This document shows, piece by piece, positions 48,629 to 58,698 of a DNA stretch of 64,000 nt (positions within the stretch are counted from its first letter, which is position 1; each line of letters opens with the position of its first letter). This DNA comes from Desulfatiglandales bacterium (GTDB lineage Bacteria > Desulfobacterota > DSM-4660 > Desulfatiglandales > Desulfatiglandaceae): the NCBI GenBank assembly GCA_963662465.1, contig OY759599.1, forward strand, positions 1,472,001 to 1,536,000, written 5' to 3'. Both the position numbers and the translations under genes were made by a program. The notes under the pieces were generated by a model. That model was not told where the DNA came from. It saw nothing but the letters and a program-made list of their open reading frames with translations, and did no database searches.

Positions 48629-51287
48629 CACACCGGCGTTTGATAGCTTTTTCTAATTCTACCGCCAGAAATACTACAGTGGAAAGTAGAATCGTTACGA
48701 CAAGTTCCCTGGTAGTGAGTGGTTCAGTCTTGAAAATGGGGTTCAGAAACGGCACATAGATAGTGGCCATCTGAAGGGCGAAGGTCAGCAAGACGGCGCC
48801 GAGGAGTGGTTTATTGGATAAAGCCCCTTGGGTGAAAAAAGACGCCTGTTCGGATCGAACGGCCAGCACGTGTCCCATCTGACTCAAGCAGAGGACGGTG
48901 AATACCATGGTCTGCCAATGTGTCCGGCTTCCGTCAATGAACAAGGCTTGGGTCAGGATGGATATGGCGCCCATGAGCAGCCCAACCCAGATAATGTGAG
49001 CGCCGAGGCCTTTGGCGAATATGCCTTCCTTCGAGTCCCTGGGGGGTCGGCTCATGATGTTTCTCTCTCCAGGTTCGGCGGCCAGGGCCAGACCGGGGAC
49101 TCCGTCGGTCACCAGGTTTATCCACAGGATGTGGATCGGAAGTAAGGGAATGGGGAGACCGAGGAAGGGCGCTAGAAAGATGGTCCAGATCTCGCCCGAA
49201 TTGCTGGTCATGGTGTATTTGATGAACTTGCGGATGTTGTCGAAGATGCGCCGACCTTCCCGGACGGCCTTGACGATGGTGGCAAAGTTGTCGTCCAACA
49301 GGATCATGTGGGAGGCTTCCTTGGACACATCGGTGCCGGTAATGCCCATCGCCACCCCGATATCGGCCCGTTTCAAAGCCGGGGCATCATTGACCCCGTC
49401 CCCGGTCATCGCCACAAAATGCCCCTTATCTTGAAGGGCCTTGACGATCTTGAGTTTCTGCTCGGGAGCGACCCGAGCGTAGACGCGTATCTTTTCCACC
49501 CTGTCTTCGAATTCCTCCATCGGAAGCTGTGCGAGCTCCCGGCCGGTCATAACCTTGTCCTCCCCGTGGATGATCCCTACCCGCCTGGCAATAACCTCGG
49601 CTGTCAGCGGATGGTCTCCCGTGATCATTACCGGCCGAATGCCGGCGGACCGGCACATGGCCACGGCCTCCCCCGCCTCCGGGCGAGGAGGATCCATCAT
49701 CCCGACGATCCCGATCAGGACCAGCCCCGTTTCCACTTCCGAAGAGGTCAAGGAACCAGGGAGGGCATCCCAGATCCGCAGGCCGAAACCCAAAGTCCGC
49801 AGACCGTCCCCGGCGATACGATCGGCAATCTCCAGGACCTGGGACCGATTAACCTCCTCCTGACCCTGACGGGTAAACACATTATTGGAACGTTCCAAGA
49901 TTTCTTCCACCGCCCCTTTGGTAAAAGAAACCACCCGACCTTTATCCCAGGGATGAAAGGTGGTCATCAACTTTCGGTTCGAGTCAAAAGGAAGCTCGGC
50001 CAGGCGCGGAAATGTTTCATCGAGTTTATCCCGAAGGAAGCCCTTTTCCAGGGCCAGGTTAAACAGGGCCGCTTCGGTCGGGTCCCCTATAACGACGTCG
50101 GAGGCCTCCTGACGGGCGTCATTGGAAAGGGCCAGAGCCGTGAGTAGCAGGTCGAGGGGTTTCCTGCCGGAGAGAGTTGCCCCCGCGCTATCCGGACCCG
50201 CCGTCGGTAGTTCTTCTGCCCGAAACAAACGGCCGTCGGCATAAATTTCTTCCACGGTCATCCGGTTCAAAGTCAGGGTCCCGGTTTTATCGGAGCAGAT
50301 ATAGGTAACCGATCCCAGGGTCTCCACCGCCGGCAGTTTTCGAATCAAAGCCTGCTGCTTGACCAGCTTCTTGGCCCCCAGAGCCAGTGAGATGGTAATG
50401 ACGGCAGGCAGGGCTTCCGGAATGGCCGACACCGCCAGGGATATGGCCGTGAGCAACATCAACAGCGGAGCCTCTCCCCGAAGGAGGCCTGTCACAAAAA
50501 CGATGGCACAAATGGCCAGGACGGCGTAAGCAAGCTTCTGCCCGAAAGAGGTCATCCGCTTCTGAAGCGGCGTCCGTCCTTCGTCCTGGTCCTGAAGCAG
50601 AGCGGCGATCCGCCCGAGTTCCGTTTGCATCCCGCTGCCCGTCACCAGGCCCCGCCCTCGGCCGTAGGTAACCACGGTTCCTTTATAGACCATGTTTTTA
50701 CGGTCGCCGATGGGTAGGTCCTCTTCCCTGATCGCCGTGGTATCTTTTTCCACCGGCACGGACTCACCCGTCAACGCCGCTTCATCGATACGAAGCTGGA
50801 TTGCTTCCATCAGCCGGATATCGGCCGGCGCCACGTTGCCGGCCTCCAGAATCACCATGTCACCAGGCACAAGCAGTTCCGCGGGGATCGATTCCGCCTG
50901 CCCGCTGCGAATGACGGTCGCCGAAGGTGCTGCCAGCTTTTTCAACGCAGCCATGGCCTTTTCGGCCCGGTATTCCTGAACGAACCCAAGCACGGCATTC
51001 AGAAGCACAATAACGGCGATGGCGATGGTATCCATTGGGTCGCCGATCACGCCGGCCACCACGGCGGCAGCGATCAGTACCAGGATCATGAAGTCTTTGA
51101 ACTGATCCAGAAACATCATCCACAACGATTTACGCCGTTTTTCGATCAGTTCATTGGGACCGTAGCGCTCCAGACGCTTATGGGCTTCCTCTGAAGCAAG
51201 GCCCTTACCGGACGACTGTAATTTCTCCAACACCTCCTTCGGGTCAAGTTGGTGCCAGTTGATTGATTTGTTATCTTCCGTGCTCAT
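48621..51287 (-). CDS. Cation-translocating P-type ATPase (type IIA-like)
   Basis: TGES, IPEALP, DKTGT, GDGVND. Confidence 0.95.
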   Translation of the reverse strand: MSTEDNKSINWHQLDPKEVLEKLQSSGKGLASEEAHKRLERYGPNELIEKRRKSLWMMFLDQFKDFMILVLIAAAVVAGVIGDPMDTIAIAVIVLLNAVLGFVQEYRAEKAMAALKKLAAPSATVIRSGQAESIPAELLVPGDMVILEAGNVAPADIRLMEAIQLRIDEAALTGESVPVEKDTTAIREEDLPIGDRKNMVYKGTVVTYGRGRGLVTGSGMQTELGRIAALLQDQDEGRTPLQKRMTSFGQKLAYAVLAICAIVFVTGLLRGEAPLLMLLTAISLAVSAIPEALPAVITISLALGAKKLVKQQALIRKLPAVETLGSVTYICSDKTGTLTLNRMTVEEIYADGRLFRAEELPTAGPDSAGATLSGRKPLDLLLTALALSNDARQEASDVVIGDPTEAALFNLALEKGFLRDKLDETFPRLAELPFDSNRKLMTTFHPWDKGRVVSFTKGAVEEILERSNNVFTRQGQEEVNRSQVLEIADRIAGDGLRTLGFGLRIWDALPGSLTSSEVETGLVLIGIVGMMDPPRPEAGEAVAMCRSAGIRPVMITGDHPLTAEVIARRVGIIHGEDKVMTGRELAQLPMEEFEDRVEKIRVYARVAPEQKLKIVKALQDKGHFVAMTGDGVNDAPALKRADIGVAMGITGTDVSKEASHMILLDDNFATIVKAVREGRRIFDNIRKFIKYTMTSNSGEIWTIFLAPFLGLPIPLLPIHILWINLVTDGVPGLALAAEPGERNIMSRPPRDSKEGIFAKGLGAHIIWVGLLMGAISILTQALFIDGSRTHWQTMVFTVLCLSQMGHVLAVRSEQASFFTQGALSNKPLLGAVLLTFALQMATIYVPFLNPIFKTEPLTTRELVVTILLSTVVFLAVELEKAIKRRCVR

Positions 51288-51375
51288 GGTTTTAATTCCC
51301 TTCTCTCAAACGGCCAAAGGCCCTTCAACCAATCGGCAATCCGATTCCCATGGGTAGCAAAATCCTGAAAGGGAA

Positions 51376-51660
51376 TCATGGGGTTTTTTTACTCAAAAGC
51401 CAGTAAGTGATGCCCAGCGCCAGAACCACCGCACCCGATGCATAGATGTATTGAGGGTTGTTGGTGTTCGGCATCTTTTCCCTGATGGGACGGCTTCCGC
51501 TCGCCATCCAGAGCGTCTTCATCAGATGAACCTGTGCTAATCGGATAGGCATGGAATCATCCATCGGTATCATAAATTGAGGGGACAATATGCCAATGAA
51601 TCTGGATTTCTGGAAACTGCTTGCGGGACTCAGCATTTTCCTGTTTGGAATGCTTTTGGC
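51376..51660. pseudogene. Patchwork of gene fragments (PsiE-like C-terminus on -, Na/Pi cotransporter-like N-terminus on +)
   Basis: - strand PQYIYASGAVVLALGITYWLL; + strand from 51596 MNLDFWKLLAGLSIFLFGM after RBS GAGGGG. Confidence 0.5.
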
Positions 51661-51783
51661 GGCAGATCCTGGTTATGAGGATCAGTTTTCTTCTGCTCAG
51701 CCGTTGGCGCACCAAGCTGGTGACGCTTTGTCTCGTCAGCAAGGTTCAGGAACCGCTAAAACCTGAGTAATAAAATGTCTATT

Positions 51784-52743
51784 TCAAGACTGGTCATACT
51801 CAATCATGCTGATGTGCCTCTGTGCAATTTCCGGATCTATCTGGATGACCATTTTACCACCTGAAAACCCTCGTACCTGGCCATCGGTGGCTGAGACAAC
51901 AATTGCCGTCGCCATCGTTCGCATCGTGACCGCGGCGGCGGCGGCGTGTCGGGTTCCGAGACCGGAAACCAGCTCAGTTTCAGCGGGAGGGGAAGTCAGG
52001 AAAACCCCCGCCGCCTGGATAAAGCCGTCGCCACGAACTACAAAGGCCCCATCGAGTTTAGACAATTCAACAAGGGCATCGTGGATGTCAGGGTTTGTCA
52101 GCATGCGGTTGGCCTTATTGTGCCCCTGAAAAGGATTGGGAACTAGTTGCTTGCTTCCTTCAAGAACCCTGATAGAATCCCCAATCATAAAGATGGCGCC
52201 TATAGGCTTTCCGCGCCGGGCCGCACGTCCGATCTTACAGGCGACCATGACAGCGGACTCCAGAACCGTAGGCTGAATGCCATCGGTGAGTTTAAGAAGA
52301 TCATAGACGGCAGGTTTTTTAAAATTCGCTTCCACTTCAGTCAGGACAACAAGATCTCCCCCTTCCTCATAGACATCACGACCGATTGCGCAGATGACAA
52401 AATCGCCGACTGAAACATTGGCCGAACGAAGAACCACCGAAACAGCATGGCGGATCTGAGTGTACTTGTCCGCCGTGCGAAGCGGCAGGCGTATGACCTC
52501 CAAACCCGCCTTTGTCAGGGTATCGTATGTTTCGCCATTGGTCGTGGCGGCAATGACCCGAAACCCGTCTGACAAACGAAAAAGATATTGGGCCAGCGCC
52601 CCGGTTTCAGTAATACAAATGATACCGTCAACTTGTGTTGCCTTTGCTACGCTGACAACCATGCGGGCCAGGTCTTCATCGGAACGCGGCGGTCTTGTGG
52701 AATGATTGGCGCTACTCATCATTGGCGACCCTTTCTTAATCAT
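51784..52743 (-). CDS. Diadenylate cyclase, DacZ-like architecture
   Basis: DAC motifs LSKLDGAFVV and GLGTRHAAA; N-terminal pyruvate-kinase-C-like segment (IICITETG). Confidence 0.85.
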   Translation of the reverse strand: MIKKGSPMMSSANHSTRPPRSDEDLARMVVSVAKATQVDGIICITETGALAQYLFRLSDGFRVIAATTNGETYDTLTKAGLEVIRLPLRTADKYTQIRHAVSVVLRSANVSVGDFVICAIGRDVYEEGGDLVVLTEVEANFKKPAVYDLLKLTDGIQPTVLESAVMVACKIGRAARRGKPIGAIFMIGDSIRVLEGSKQLVPNPFQGHNKANRMLTNPDIHDALVELSKLDGAFVVRGDGFIQAAGVFLTSPPAETELVSGLGTRHAAAAAVTMRTMATAIVVSATDGQVRGFSGGKMVIQIDPEIAQRHISMIEYDQS

Positions 52744-53066
52744 CGCTTAACGGGAGAACCGGCAGTTTAAGGCAAGATAATTATCATACCACAAACAAAT
52801 ACCACCATGAAATAAAAAACGATACAAAAGATTATGCCTCCAATGAAACGCCTCCCGCGTTGTAAACCAGAATCATATCAATAGGGATCTGCATCAGGTT
52901 TGTAACCGAACGCATAAGTCTAAATGTTGTGGGATTGTATAACCCATCAAAATTAAAAGGCGTTTTCGGTAAACAAGAATGCATTATAAACAGTCATAAC
53001 TTGAAAGCATAGGAATTTCCATTTTTGATTTGGCATATCAAATAGTTGTTGCAGTGATGGCATTAA

Positions 53067-54401
53067 ATGTGTCAAAAAAAGCACATTATGCATATGCCAT
53101 CAAACCAAAAAATTGATAAGGAGACTTTCCGGACGATTTTTATTGATCATTGGGAATCATTCAAAGAGCATCATCCAGGGTATGATAATTCGCAATATGA
53201 AGATCCGGTTCAGAAAATGCTTGGTTGCGGCAAGGAAAGCGCCGGATATAGCGAGCACCGGTGTGTTTATTGCGGTGGTGATGTTCGCCGGATAGGTTTT
53301 AGTTGCAAGAGCTGTTTTTGTTTATCCTGCGCCAAGAAATATGTTGACGATTTTGTCAGTCAAGTGAGTAGGGTGCTTCATGGGGGCATGAATTACCGTC
53401 ACATTGTTTTGACAATTCCCGAGCAACTGAGAATCGTTTTTTATAAGGCTCGAAATGATGGACGTTTGTTATCGGCTTTTATGAGATGCGGGTACGAATG
53501 TTTGGAGGATGTTGTCGGAACGGTTCTTCGGCGGAAACTGAAAATAGGAACGATCGTCGTTGTTCAAACGCATGGTCGATCCGGTCATTATAATCCGCAT
53601 TTGCATATCATCATGACAAGCGGTGGGATAAATGAAGATCTGTGCGGTTGGTTTGATTTAAGGTTCTTCAAGTATGAGATTATACATAAGAAATGGCAGT
53701 ATCATCTATTCAGAATGCTCAAGTCCCATTTTAACAGCAGTGCGGTCGATAAACTTATTGATGAGCTGTGGAAAAAATACCCTAAAGGTTTGGTAGCCAA
53801 TGTGAGCAAGGGTAATGTTCCTGAGACATGTGGGGGTCTGGCGCGATATTTGGCGAAATATGTTGCATCTCCTCCGATAGCTCTGAGACGGATAATCAGT
53901 TATGATGGCCAATATGTTACCTATTGGTACAATGATCACATGACAAAATCCAGGAAGGTTGAAACCGTGGAAGTGGATGTTTTTATCGGTCGAATGGTTC
54001 AACACATAATGCCCAAAGGGTTCCAGCGGGTTCGTTATTATGGGCTACAGGCTACGAAAACTTTTAAGAAATGGTCGGAAGTAATACGGAAAGGGATGAA
54101 GGCTTTGGGGCGTGGGATTAAAGGAACGTATCAAGTCGTAAAAGCGAAAAGATATCGAGAACGTTATAAGGAGATCAGCTCTCAAGATCCTTTTTTGTGT
54201 CGTTATTGTGGCCATGAAATGGTGCTATGGAAGATATGGCATCCAAAATATGGAGTTTTATATGACGAATATGAAAACATCAAAAACGACAGGTACGGCA
54301 CGGTTACAGGACAAAATGACAGCGGGGGTGGAAGGCGAGGACTTCCCGTTCGGCCCTCCTCCGGAGGAATATCCTTACCGTTGTTCCCATTGCCGGCATG
54401 A
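53067..54401 (+). CDS. IS91-family Y2 HUH transposase
   Basis: Zn motif SCKSCFCLSC, HIVLTIP, HUH PHLH, YLAKY, VRYYG. Confidence 0.93.
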   Translation: MCQKKHIMHMPSNQKIDKETFRTIFIDHWESFKEHHPGYDNSQYEDPVQKMLGCGKESAGYSEHRCVYCGGDVRRIGFSCKSCFCLSCAKKYVDDFVSQVSRVLHGGMNYRHIVLTIPEQLRIVFYKARNDGRLLSAFMRCGYECLEDVVGTVLRRKLKIGTIVVVQTHGRSGHYNPHLHIIMTSGGINEDLCGWFDLRFFKYEIIHKKWQYHLFRMLKSHFNSSAVDKLIDELWKKYPKGLVANVSKGNVPETCGGLARYLAKYVASPPIALRRIISYDGQYVTYWYNDHMTKSRKVETVEVDVFIGRMVQHIMPKGFQRVRYYGLQATKTFKKWSEVIRKGMKALGRGIKGTYQVVKAKRYRERYKEISSQDPFLCRYCGHEMVLWKIWHPKYGVLYDEYENIKNDRYGTVTGQNDSGGGRRGLPVRPSSGGISLPLFPLPA

Positions 54402-54552
54402 AATGAAGGTAAATGAAGCGATAATAGACGTCGAGATTGCAAAAGCAGAATATGAAGGAAGGAATGTGGAAGGCTTTATGCCCATTCTCGGTTGCCCTCA
54501 GTGCAATCGAGAAACAATGAAATATGCGCAAGGTAGAAAGCCCGCGCGTTAG
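54316..54552 (+). CDS. Small zinc-ribbon protein overlapping the transposase 3' end
   Basis: CSHC...CPQC; stop lies in the terminal hairpin; start uncertain. Confidence 0.5.
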   Translation: MTAGVEGEDFPFGPPPEEYPYRCSHCRHEMKVNEAIIDVEIAKAEYEGRNVEGFMPILGCPQCNRETMKYAQGRKPAR

Positions 54553-55376
54553 CGCGCTAAGTTCAATCCAAGGTAAGTCAAATGTTTGGCCGTTGGCTAA
54601 TTCAAAGGGACTTTTATGAGCATTTTTTTGCGCCAGGTAAAAATGGGACAAAATTCCTGATAGTCGCATGTGCTCGAAAGAAAAGACTTACCCATTTCTT
54701 ATCTCGAAAACTCTCAATTTGTTTTAGTTTACGTTTTATCCTTTTTAAATAATTGTCAACAATGGACGTTGTTTGTTTCGTCCCCTTTCTATTTTTATGA
54801 GAGGTATACTGAGTGGCATTTTCTTTTAACTCTGCCACCCTTTTTTTTAGGAATGGATGAGAAAATGCATCGTCATCTAATGCCTTCTTGGAAGCAAGAC
54901 CCAGGATATTGGGCGCACTGCTTTCCGCCGTTGCGAAAACTCTGGAAATAAAGCCCCAGATTGAAATCGACAGATTATACAGGATCGCAGACTTTCATGT
55001 CGGGGGAGCAGCTGCGGCTGAAGCTACAGGAATCGGAGTGGAAAACTTTGAGCAAACCCTCAGCAGGTACTATGGAAATCCAGTTTCTAAGGCGTCGAAT
55101 TCGTTACAGTTGTCTGAACCCCTGATCGAATCAATACTGCAATTCATGTCTGACCAACCCTATTGGGAAGGATATGCAAGTGATTTTGTAGAACTCCTTG
55201 TGGAATGCAAAGAGTCTTCATCAACTTGAACATTTTTTGATGAATAGAAAAAATTTTAATGATCATAAAGTTGAAAAGGTAATTAATGCATTATATTATT
55301 TTGAAACTTATAATGGGTTTAATGGAAAGATGTTGCTTAACTCGTAATCATTTGTTTGAAATATGTCATTTAAGAT

Positions 55377-55423
55377 AAGGGTTTCATCTGTTGCTTAAAC
55401 AGGTGAAACCCTTTTTGTTTTTT
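55377..55423 (+). terminator. Rho-independent terminator
   Basis: AAGGGTTTCATCTGTT / AACAGGTGAAACCCTT stem followed by T-run. Confidence 0.75.
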
Positions 55424-55514
55424 ATTTGCATGTGAAGATGTTTCTATTGGTTTTTTCCTAACGGCGAAGTAGAGGCATTTTTTGGCGCCGGTTTTATTGT
55501 TTCTGGAAAAGGTT

Positions 55515-56078
55515 AAAACCCCCGCCTTTCAGGCGGGTAGCATTTTGCTAGCGGTTGGCTTATAATACTTGGCATGGAATACCGTCAAGGAAGCCACACT
55601 CGCTACAAGATTGAATATCATTTTGTTTGGGTAACCAAATACCGCTATCACGTTTTGCAGGGTGATGTTGCCCTTAGAGTTCGGGAACTCGTGCGACAGA
55701 CCTGCGAACGTTTCGAAATCCAGATAGTGCGTGGTGTGGTCAGCAAGGATCACGTGCATATTCTCGTTTCGGCGCCACCAAATATTTCCCCTTCGGACAT
55801 AATGCGAAGGGTGAAGGGAAGGGCGTCGCGAAAGATCTTTGAGGAATTCCCACACCTGAAGAAACGATACTGGGGTAAGCATTTCTGGGCGCGGGGGTAT
55901 TTCTGTGTCACATCTGGCGAGCTTACCAAGGACATGATTCAAGAGTATCTTGAGCACCATTTTGAAAAAGACCCAAACGATCGTTTCGATATCGAATAAT
56001 TTACCGGCTAAAGCCGGTCTTGCTGGACTTTCAGTCCGCGCTTTTAAACCCACCGTCTTCAAGACGGTGGTTGTTTAG
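55515..56078 (+). mobile_element. IS200-type element (tnpA only); ends approximate
   Basis: Subterminal hairpins CCCGCCTTTCAGGCGGG and CCACCGTCTTCAAGACGGTGG, each preceded by AAACC. Confidence 0.85.
55574..55999 (+). CDS. tnpA: IS200/IS605 Y1 transposase
   Basis: YHFVWVTKYR, DHVH, FWARGYF, QEYL. Confidence 0.96.
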   Translation: MEYRQGSHTRYKIEYHFVWVTKYRYHVLQGDVALRVRELVRQTCERFEIQIVRGVVSKDHVHILVSAPPNISPSDIMRRVKGRASRKIFEEFPHLKKRYWGKHFWARGYFCVTSGELTKDMIQEYLEHHFEKDPNDRFDIE

Positions 56079-56105
56079 TTATGGAAGTGATCCTTCAGTT
56101 TTGCT

Positions 56106-57434
56106 ATGATTCCCCGGTCTGGTGTGAGGGATTATTTTATAGAAATGAAAAGACCGAAGGGATCGTCAATGGATTCAGCAGATACTTATGATCAAAAAAG
56201 ACTGGAAACCATCGGGTATAGTGCGTTCTGGCCTTCTTATGGAACTTTCGAATACTACGAGGATGCTTGCTATATCGCCGATACACCCGAGTCATTGAGG
56301 GCGTTTAAAGAGGAACTGTGTGATTCCTCTGAAGGAGAATATGAGACCGTAGCCGTTTCTGTTTCGGATGTCCTCGAAGATTTTGCTTTTTCAAATGGGT
56401 GGTATGCTTTTGAACGGGGAACTTTTGAAAAGTTCGTTAAGGTAATCGATGCTCTTGGCATTGATTGCAGGATGAGGCCTGAAGATCCTTCAACGGATTT
56501 TAGTGATGAGATATCCAAGGTTTGCATCCAGACCTTCGACGATGATTCAGATGATGACGTGGTTTTGGATATTCTGGAAGATCTGGCGATTCTTGACGGC
56601 GAATATAAAAGGGAGTCAGTTGACGCAGCCATAGAGCACAGGGATGAGATTATCCCTCTGCTCATTGAGACTCTTGAAGAGGTCTTTTCTGCTCCTCAGG
56701 AATATGCCAACAACCCGGATTATATTTTGCAGACGTATGCCGTGATGCTCCTTGGCCACTTCAAAGAGACAAAAGCGCATTCACCAATCATTAAACTACT
56801 GGAGTTACCGGAGGATACCGCAGACAAACTTTTGGGTGAACTCATTCATGAGAATATCCCAACCATTCTGTTCAGAACTTCCGGCGGTTCATTTGATGAG
56901 ATCAAATCCTTGGTGCTGAATAAATCCGCGTGGGTATATTCAAGGATGTCTGCATTGAGATCAATGGTTATTGCTGTTCTTGATGGCGCCCTGGACCGGG
57001 ATGAAACACTGGAATTTTTTTCTTCCTTGTATCTGAACAAAAAGGACGATTTTCCAGAAGAATTCTGGACCTCATTTGTTCGGTGTGTATATGATTTGTA
57101 TCCACTTGAGTTGATGGATACAGTCAAAGCGCTTTATGCTGAGGATCTGATTGAACTTTTCTTTGTTCGTTTAGAGGATCTTGAATCCGCCTTGGAACAA
57201 GATAAAGAAACATTCTTGGAAGAGCGGAGAATTGATAAACAGCGGCACTCACTGGACGACGTCCACAAAGCAATGTCCTGGTGGGCGTGTTTTAATCAGA
57301 AAAGGGATAACCCCCGTATCAGCCAGACCCCAGTGGACAGTTTTCAGGAACCCAAAAGAAAAACAACATCCAATAAAAAAAAGAAGAGCAAGAATAAGAT
57401 GAAAAAGGCGTCCAAGAAAAAGAACCGGAGGTGA
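56106..57434 (+). CDS. DUF1186-like acidic protein with basic tail
   Basis: YAVMLLGHFKETKAH, MSWWACF; start uncertain. Confidence 0.65.
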   Translation: MIPRSGVRDYFIEMKRPKGSSMDSADTYDQKRLETIGYSAFWPSYGTFEYYEDACYIADTPESLRAFKEELCDSSEGEYETVAVSVSDVLEDFAFSNGWYAFERGTFEKFVKVIDALGIDCRMRPEDPSTDFSDEISKVCIQTFDDDSDDDVVLDILEDLAILDGEYKRESVDAAIEHRDEIIPLLIETLEEVFSAPQEYANNPDYILQTYAVMLLGHFKETKAHSPIIKLLELPEDTADKLLGELIHENIPTILFRTSGGSFDEIKSLVLNKSAWVYSRMSALRSMVIAVLDGALDRDETLEFFSSLYLNKKDDFPEEFWTSFVRCVYDLYPLELMDTVKALYAEDLIELFFVRLEDLESALEQDKETFLEERRIDKQRHSLDDVHKAMSWWACFNQKRDNPRISQTPVDSFQEPKRKTTSNKKKKSKNKMKKASKKKNRR

Positions 57435-57675
57435 ACGTTTTGTGAGGTTTCACCGGAAAATATTTCCTACATTGGAGGGTTATTTCTTTCAGTGGTTCAG
57501 TCGATTAGGCCTGTAACTAATAGATATGATGAAGAATCGTAGTTTAAACACCTTTCCAGCACGGTTGTTGCAGAGAACGCGAAGTAGATTTCCGAATGGG
57601 ATTTCAGCTTCAGGTTTTCCCTGTTTCTGCCGTTAATGATAATAGGGCGACAATAACCAAGGAGAAACCAACGCC

Positions 57676-58125
57676 ATGAAAATTGATCCCACACAGGAAC
57701 TCCTAAAAACACAGAACAAGACCTCTTTCACACGGAAACCGGATAAAAATGAATTCTCGGCCATGTTGAAGGAGGCTATTGAAAGTGATTCTTCAAGCGC
57801 CGTTCAAGACAAGAAGGGGCCGCAGATGATCAGCCTGGCACAGCTTCAGTTCACCACCCAATTCGCCGTTCAAAACAATCCCATTATAGAACGAACGGAA
57901 CAATTCCTGGACCTGCTTGAACAATACCAGAGCAAGTTGATGGACCCGCAGGCGTCCTTGAGAGATATCAATCCGTTGATCGGGCAAATGGAAAAGGAAA
58001 AGGACGCTCTGTCCCCTCTGATGGACTCACTTCCTGATGGGGACGAATTGAAAGATGTTCTCAATAATGCTCTGGTGACTTCGACCGTTGAAATGATAAA
58101 ATTCAATCGTGGAGATTATGTGTAA
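57676..58125 (+). CDS. Hypothetical protein
   Basis: Clean 149-aa ORF with RBS AAGGAG; ends KFNRGDYV. Confidence 0.7.
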   Translation: MKIDPTQELLKTQNKTSFTRKPDKNEFSAMLKEAIESDSSSAVQDKKGPQMISLAQLQFTTQFAVQNNPIIERTEQFLDLLEQYQSKLMDPQASLRDINPLIGQMEKEKDALSPLMDSLPDGDELKDVLNNALVTSTVEMIKFNRGDYV

Positions 58126-58277
58126 TTTTTTGCTTTCTTAAATCCTTCCTATTCGATCTTCTGCCAACCAATGCTTTCGCTGTTTCATTTTTTCTTTCCA
58201 AGATTTTTCCTTTGACAATACCAGAACGGGCTAATATATAATTCGCTGAAATTAAACAATAAAGCAGAGGAAGAGTT

Positions 58278-58553
58278 ATGAACAGAATCTTTTTGATACA
58301 CGGTTTAGCTTATAAAGAGGGTTATTCTGACGCTAAATCCAAAGCTATCGTGGATACGTTTTTTGGTGGTATAGCTGATGCTTTAATCAAGGGCGACCGC
58401 GTGGAGATTCGTGGGTTTGGAAGCTTCAAGATAAAAGAGTACCCTGGCTATGTTGGTAGAAACCCTAAGACTGGGCAGAAGATAAACGTGAAACCAAAGA
58501 AAATGCCTTTTTTCAAAGCAGGTAGAGAACTTCGTGAACGGGTTGATTATTGA
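58278..58553 (+). CDS. IHF/HU family DNA-binding protein (IHF beta-like)
   Basis: RVEIRGFGSF, GRNPKTG, PFFKAGRELRERV. Confidence 0.92.
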   Translation: MNRIFLIHGLAYKEGYSDAKSKAIVDTFFGGIADALIKGDRVEIRGFGSFKIKEYPGYVGRNPKTGQKINVKPKKMPFFKAGRELRERVDY

Positions 58554-58698
58554 TAATTTAGACTATGTGAGGAGCAAAGCTTTCGTAGTTTTACAGGGTG
58601 AGATTTTCTTGCTTGGTTGATTTCTTCCGCAAGAGTAGGTCGTTTATTCAGTACCAGTGGTTTATTCGTAGTTTTTAAAAGCGTTTAAAACAAAAAAA

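Larger units (their letters stand above)
53004..54564 (+). mobile_element. IS91-like rolling-circle element, 1561 bp
   Basis: Follows CTTG, ends in GTTC, no target duplication, subterminal hairpin GCGCG-TTAG-CGCGC. Confidence 0.85.
52953..54890 (-). pseudogene. 3' remnant of a probable transposase gene, split by the IS91-like element
   Basis: Joining 54565 to 53003 restores ...FDLPWI-QVMTVYNAFLFTENAF-stop; an extra frameshift near 54625; transposase identity tentative. Confidence 0.6.

Noticed and set aside
54888..55229. 113-aa ORF as a complete gene
   Set aside because: Starts at a junction with the transposase remnant, has no clear RBS and no recognisable family; probably a fragment.
55455..56085. 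attC-like site split by IS200 (CCTAAC...GTTATGG)
   Set aside because: No convincing internal complementarity and no integrase.
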